NCBI GenBank assembly: GCA_950097015.1
Contig: CATNEN010000012.1
Coordinates: 2,046,001-2,110,000 of the forward strand
Length of the DNA stretch: 64,000 nt
DNA from: Macrostomum hystrix
Taxonomy: Eukaryota > Animalia > Platyhelminthes
Direction: 5' to 3'
Part shown: positions 58,233-64,000 of the stretch, piece by piece
Layout: the number at the start of each line of letters is the position of its first letter
How positions within the stretch are numbered: the stretch's first letter is position 1
Translations under genes and position numbers: made by a program
The notes under the pieces: generated by a model
Database searches by the model: none
Seen by the model: the letters and a program-made list of their open reading frames with translations, nothing else
What the model was told of the DNA's origin: nothing

Positions 58233-61200
58233 GTTCTATTAATCTATAGGGTGTGTTCTATTAATCTATAGGGTGTGTTCTATGAATCTATAGGGTGTGT
58301 TCTATTTATCTATAGGGTGTGTTCTATTAATCTATAGGGTGTGTTCTATTAATCTATAGGGTGTGTTCTATTAATCTATAGGGTGTGTTCTATTAATCTA
58401 TAGGGTGTGTTCTATTAATCTATAGGGTGTGTTCTATTAATCTATAGGGTGTGTTCTATTAATCTATAGGGTGTGTTCTATTAATCTATAGGGTGTGTTC
58501 TATTAGTCTATAGGGTGTGTTCTATTAATCAATAGGGTGTGTTCTATTAATCTATAGGGTGTGTTCTATTAATCTATAGGGTGTGTTCTATTAATCTATA
58601 GGGTGTGTTCTATTAATCCGGCCTCCGTATATATAGGGGTTGAGTCCTGTAGCCAGTGGCCTATGCATAGGAATTGAAAGAATTAATTGAGTTCTGAGAC
58701 TCAACATTCCACAAGTATCTATAGTAAAAGTTGCAGCAACAGCTCAGAGTTAGTTACAAGGAACTAAACAAGGACGTGGACTTGTTCTATTAATCTATAG
58801 GGTGTGTTCTATTAATCTATAGGGTGTGTTCTATGAATCTATAGGGTGTGTTCTATTTATCTATAGGGTGTGTTCTATTAATCTATAGGGTGTGTTCTAT
58901 TAATCTATAGGGTGTGTTCTATTAATCTATAGAGTGTGTTCTATTAATCTATAGGGTGTGTTCTATTAATCTATAGGGTGTGTTCTATTAATCTATAGGG
59001 TGTGTTCTATTAATCTATAGGGTGTGTTCTATTAATCTATAGGGTGTGTTCTATTAATCTATAGGGTGTGTTCTATTAATCTATAGGGTGTGTTCTATTA
59101 ATCTATAGGGTGTGTTCTATTAATCTATAGGGTGTGTTCTATTAATCTATAGGGTGTGTTCTATTAATCAATAGGGTGTGTTCTATTAATCTATAGGGTG
59201 TGTTCTATTAATCTATAGGGTGTGTTCTATTAATCTATAGGGTGTGTTCTATTAATCTATAGGGTGTGTTCTATTAATCAATAGGGTGTGTTCTATTAAT
59301 CTATAGAGTGTGTTCTATTAATCAATAGGGTGTGTTCTATTAATCTATAGCGTGTGTTCTATTAATCTATAGGGTGTGTTCTATTAATCTATAGGGTGTG
59401 TTCTATTAATCTATAGGGTGTGTTCTATTAATCTATAGAGTGTGTTCTATTAATCTATAGGGTGTGTTCTATTAATCTATAGCGTGTGTTCTATTAATCT
59501 ATAGGGTGTGTTCTATTAATCTATAGGGTGTGTTCTATTAATCTATAGGGTGTGTTCTATTAATCTATAGGGTGTGTTCTATTAATCTATAGGGTGTGTT
59601 CTATTAATCTATAGAGTGTGTTCTATTAATCTATAGGGTGTGTTCTATTAATCTATAGGGTGTGTTCTATTAATCTATAGGGTGTGTTCTATTAATCTAT
59701 AGGGTGTGTTCTATTAATCTATAGCGTGTGTTCTATTAATCTATAGGGTGTGTTTCTATTAATCTATAGCGTGTGTTCTATTAATCTATAGGGTGTGTTC
59801 TATTAATCTATAGCGTGTGTTCTATTAATCTATAGGGTGTGTTCTATTAATCTATAGCGTGTGTTCTATTAATCTATAGGGTGTGTTCTATTAATCTATA
59901 GCGTGTGTTCTATTAATCTATAGGGTGTGTTCTATTAATCTATAGAGTGTGTTCTATTAATCTATAGGGTGTGTTCTATTAATCTATAGAGTGTGTTCTA
60001 TTAATCTATAGGGTGTGTTCTATTAATCTATAGGGTGTGTTCTATTAATCTATAGGGTGTGTTCTATTAATCTATAGGGTGTGTTCTATTAATCTATAGG
60101 GTGTGTTCTATTAATCTATAGGGTGTGTTCTATTAATCTATAGAGTGTGTTCTATTAATCTATAGGGTGTGTTCTATTAATCTATAGGGTGTGTTCTATT
60201 AATCTATAGGGTGTGTTCTATTAATCTATAGGGTGTGTTCTATTAATCTATAGGGTGTGTTCTATTAATCTATAGAGTGTGTTCTATTAATCTATAGAGG
60301 TATGTTCTATTAATCTATAGGGTGTGTTCTATTAATCTATAGGGTGTGTTCTATTAATCTATAGGGTGTGTTCTATTAATCTATAGGGTGTGTTCTATTA
60401 ATCTATAGGGTGTGTTCTATTAATCTATAGGGTGTGTTCTATTAATCAATAGGGTGTGTTATATTAATCTATAGGGTGTGTTCTATTAATCTATAGGGTG
60501 TGTTCTATTAATCTATAGGGTGTGTTCTATTAATCTATAGGGTGTGTTCTATTAATCTATAGGGTGTGTTCTATTAATCTATAGGGTGTGTTCTATTAAT
60601 CTATAGGGTGTGTTCTATTAATCTATAGGGTGTGTTCTATTAATCTATAGGGTGTGTTCTATTAATCTATAGGGTGTGTTCTATTAATCTATAGAGTGTG
60701 TTCTATTAATCAATAGGGTGTGTTCTATTAATCTATAGCGTGTGTTCTATTAATCTATAGGGTGTGTTCTATTAATCTATAGGGTGTGTTCTATTAATCT
60801 ATAGGGTGTGTTCTATTAATCTATAGAGTGTGTTCTATTAATCTATAGGGTGTGTTCTATTAATCTATAGCGTGTGTTCTATTAATCTATAGGGTGTGTT
60901 CTATTAATCTATAGGGTGTGTTCTATTAATCTATAGGGTGTGTTCTATTAATCTATAGGGTGTGTTCTATTAATCTATAGGGTGTGTTCTATTAATCTAT
61001 AGGGTGTGTTCTATTAATCTATAGGGTGTGTTCTATTAATCTATAGGGTGTGTTCTATTAATCTATAGGGTGTGTTCTATTAATCTATAGGGTGTGTTCT
61101 ATTAATCTATAGGGTGTGTTCTATTAATCTATAGGGTGTGTTCTATTAATCTATAGGGTGTGTTCTATTAATCTATAGAGTGTGTTCTATTAATCTATAG

Positions 61201-62508
61201 GATGTGTTCTATTAATCTATAGGGTGTGTTCTATTAATCTATAGGGTGTGTTCTATTAATCTATAGGGTGTGTTCTATTAATCTATAGGGTGTGTTCTAT
61301 TAATCTATAGGGTGTGTTCTATTAATCTATAGGATGTGTTCTATTAATCTATAGGATGTGTTCTATTAATCTATAGAGTGTGTTCTATTAATCTATAGGA
61401 TGTGTTCTATTAATCTATAGAGTGTGTTCTATTAATCTATAGGGTGTGTTCTATTAATCTATAGGGTGTGTTCTATTAATCAATAGGGTGTGTTCTATTA
61501 ATCTATAGGGTGTGTTCTATTAATCTATAGAGTGTGTTCTATTAATCTATAGGGTGTGTTCTATTAATCTATAGGGTGTGTTCTATTAATCTATAGAGTG
61601 TGTTCTATTAATCTATAGGGTGTGTTCTATTAATCTATAGGGTGTGTTCTATTAATCTATAGGGTGTGTTCTATTAATCTATAGGGTGTGTTCTATTCAT
61701 CTATAGAGTGTGTTCTATTAATCTATAGGGTGTGTTCTATTAATCTATAGGGTGTGTTCTATTAATCTATAGGGTGTGTTCTATTCATCTATAGGGTGTG
61801 TTCTATTAATCTATAGGGTGTGTTCTATTAATCTATAGGGTGTGTTCTATTAATCTATAGGGTGTGTTCTATTAATCTATAGGGTGTGTTCTATTAATCT
61901 ATAGGGTGTGTTCTATTAATCTATAGGGTGTGTTCTATTAATCTATAGGGTGTGTTCTATATATCTATAGGGTGTGTTCTATTAATCTATAGGGTGTGTT
62001 CTATTAATCTATAGGGTGTGTTCTATTAATCTATAGGGTGTGTTCTATTAATCTATAGGGTGTGTTCTATTAATCTATAGGGTGTGTTCTATTAATCTAA
62101 TAGGGTGTGTTCTATTAATCTATAGGGTGTGTTCTATTAATCTATAGGGTGTGTTCTATTAATCTATAGGGTGTGTTCTATTAATCTATAGGGTGTGTTC
62201 TATTAATCTATAGGGTGTGTTCTATTAATCTATAGGGTGTGTTCTATTAATCTATAGGGTGTGTTCTATTAATCTATAGGGTGTGTTCTATTAATCTATA
62301 GGGTGTGTTCTATTAATCTATAGGGTGTGTTCTATTAATCTATAGGGTGTGTTCTATTAATCTATAGGGTGTGTTCTATTAATCTATAGGGTGTGTTCTA
62401 TTAATCTATAGGGTGTGTTCTATTAATCTATAGGGTGTGTTCTATTAATCTATAGGGTGTGTTCTATTAATCTATAGGGTGTGTTCTATTAATCTATAGG
62501 GTGTGTTC
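58233..62508. repeat. 22-bp satellite (GTTCTATTAATCTATAGGGTGT), about 185 copies, interrupted at 58617-58783 by a duplicate of its left flank
   Basis: Period 22, very homogeneous. Confidence 0.99.
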
Positions 62509-64000
62509 GACGCATTCAGTAGACCTTAAAGTTTCAATAGGACCCATTGTCTGAAGAGAGCATAATTTTTTTCGTAATATAATTCTCGGCCCCTCATTAT
62601 TCCTCCGATGCTAATCCTCATTATCTATCTCGTCCTTTCTGTTCTAGCCCACTGAAGGCTGTCTAACTTGTCCACGCAATCGCATCCTCGTATTTATCGA
62701 TTTTTTCCGTCTCCATTCGCGCTAATCCCCTTAAGTCTGGATGGCTCAATCCTCGAAATTCTCTTACCCTCTTATTTTCGATCGATCGTTTTTTCACGTT
62801 CGCTACTCTCTCAAGGTCACCCAACCCGTTCACACCTCCTCTCCACCTACAGTTGTTTTTTGTATGCTAAATAAAAAATAAACTTACTTTATCTTGGCCG
62901 ATGACATCAGCTGAAGCTTAACGTAACTGATGTTAAGGTAGACAGGTATTTTAAACTCCCATTTGGAATTAAACAGCCCCAAAAAGTTGTATCCGTAAAA
63001 ATCATGATCATTTGTTTACACTGCACAACCTGAAACACTTCAAACACACCCCCTGCGCAGAGCCAAACTTCCATGGTGGACCGGACCGCCCTGTCATCCG
63101 CCGGCACTTCAGCCTCAGCCGCAGCCAGTACAGGCATTCAGCATCAACAGCTGCCGCCAATCAAACGAAAGAAATGAGCTTTTCACTAACTGTGCTACTT
63201 GTGCGCATTCCAACGTGTACCATGCGTTGGTGAATATTGAACGAGTCAAAATTAGTTTTTGATCATGCATCGTCAACCCCCTTTCTAAAGGAGTGATTTT
63301 AAGTTTCTTAAAGTTTCTCAAAGCTTTCGGTAATTACTCACAGGGCACACTCACAAGAGTGTAATAAACTTTTTTGTAGACGTACAACATTGTGTTGAAG
63401 GCTTCGCAATGAATTCTCGATTAACAAAACAACAAGGAATTGAGAGAGAAACCATTTGTTTCTTGAAATGCTAGTAGAATCCTAATGGGAAACTGATCCT
63501 GTTGTTGCGTTATGCTGCCACGTGTAATGATTTCTTTTTTAATTTAGACGTCCACTTACTTCAATATTTCTTAAACTACTGTGCTTTTAGTCTTTTAATT
63601 TGCCTCTCTTAGTTTTTTAAAGCACAATAAAATATGGAGTATATACAAGTATAAAACATAAAGGTTTCTGTGACCTTGAAAAAATAAACTTGAAAATACA
63701 TTTGCTTGCCTTTTTGTCTACTTTAAGTAGAACAGTGCGCAAAATGTACCAATATTTAGTATTTCAAAAATATCTTTTATTTAAAATAAATCCTGAAGCC
63801 TGACCATAGACAAATCAAGTGACAAACAGCAAGGCAGCTTCAAGAAACATCTGCCACGCATACCAAACGTTTTTTTTAATTTGTTGTCGTACGAAAAGCC
63901 AAGACCGAGAGAAGCCCTCAATTCGCAAATGGACAAATCTCCAAATGACACGAATTTGGTGCCGAAAAGTTGCGGCGCAGAGCAGAATGACCAGTATGAT

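Noticed and set aside
62907-63321. Small ORFs near the right end; IFTDTTF faintly resembles a MULE transposase motif
   Set aside because: Too short, with no further catalytic residues and no consistent exon chain; needs a homology search.

Overview
Eukaryotic (animal) genomic DNA; the GC-rich exons, short GT-AG introns and very dense minisatellites resemble a macrostomid flatworm such as Macrostomum, which is my inference from style and not a database match. I support four protein-coding genes. (1) SDA1/SDAD1 (60S ribosome biogenesis factor) on the minus strand: six coding exons from ATG 9125 down to 655, continuing off the left edge. (2) Head-to-head with it, an LRRIQ1-like LRR+IQ gene on the plus strand (ATG 10482, at least 15 coding exons, about 1700 aa), with a GC-AG intron and a candidate 27-nt microexon. 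(3) An intronless integrin alpha (35129-38737, +). (4) A convergent two-exon integrin alpha (49232-47720 joined to 43381-41205, -). About a third of the window (roughly 21 kb by summing array spans) is tandem repeat in about 20 unrelated arrays; these account for all the very long low-complexity ORFs. There are four near-full copies plus one fragment of a tRNA-derived SINE, and several telomere-like (TTAGGG/CCCTAA) tracts. Best leads: both integrin alphas carry a CXXC motif (CPGC / CPYC) in place of the GAP of FG-GAP blade 6; inverted SINEs tightly bracket LRRIQ1 exons 2-5, predicting a circRNA with an endless in-frame ORF; and the SDA1 intronic satellite contains about 46 copies of the last 8 nt of the real 3' splice site. 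All splice models and alignments were made by eye.
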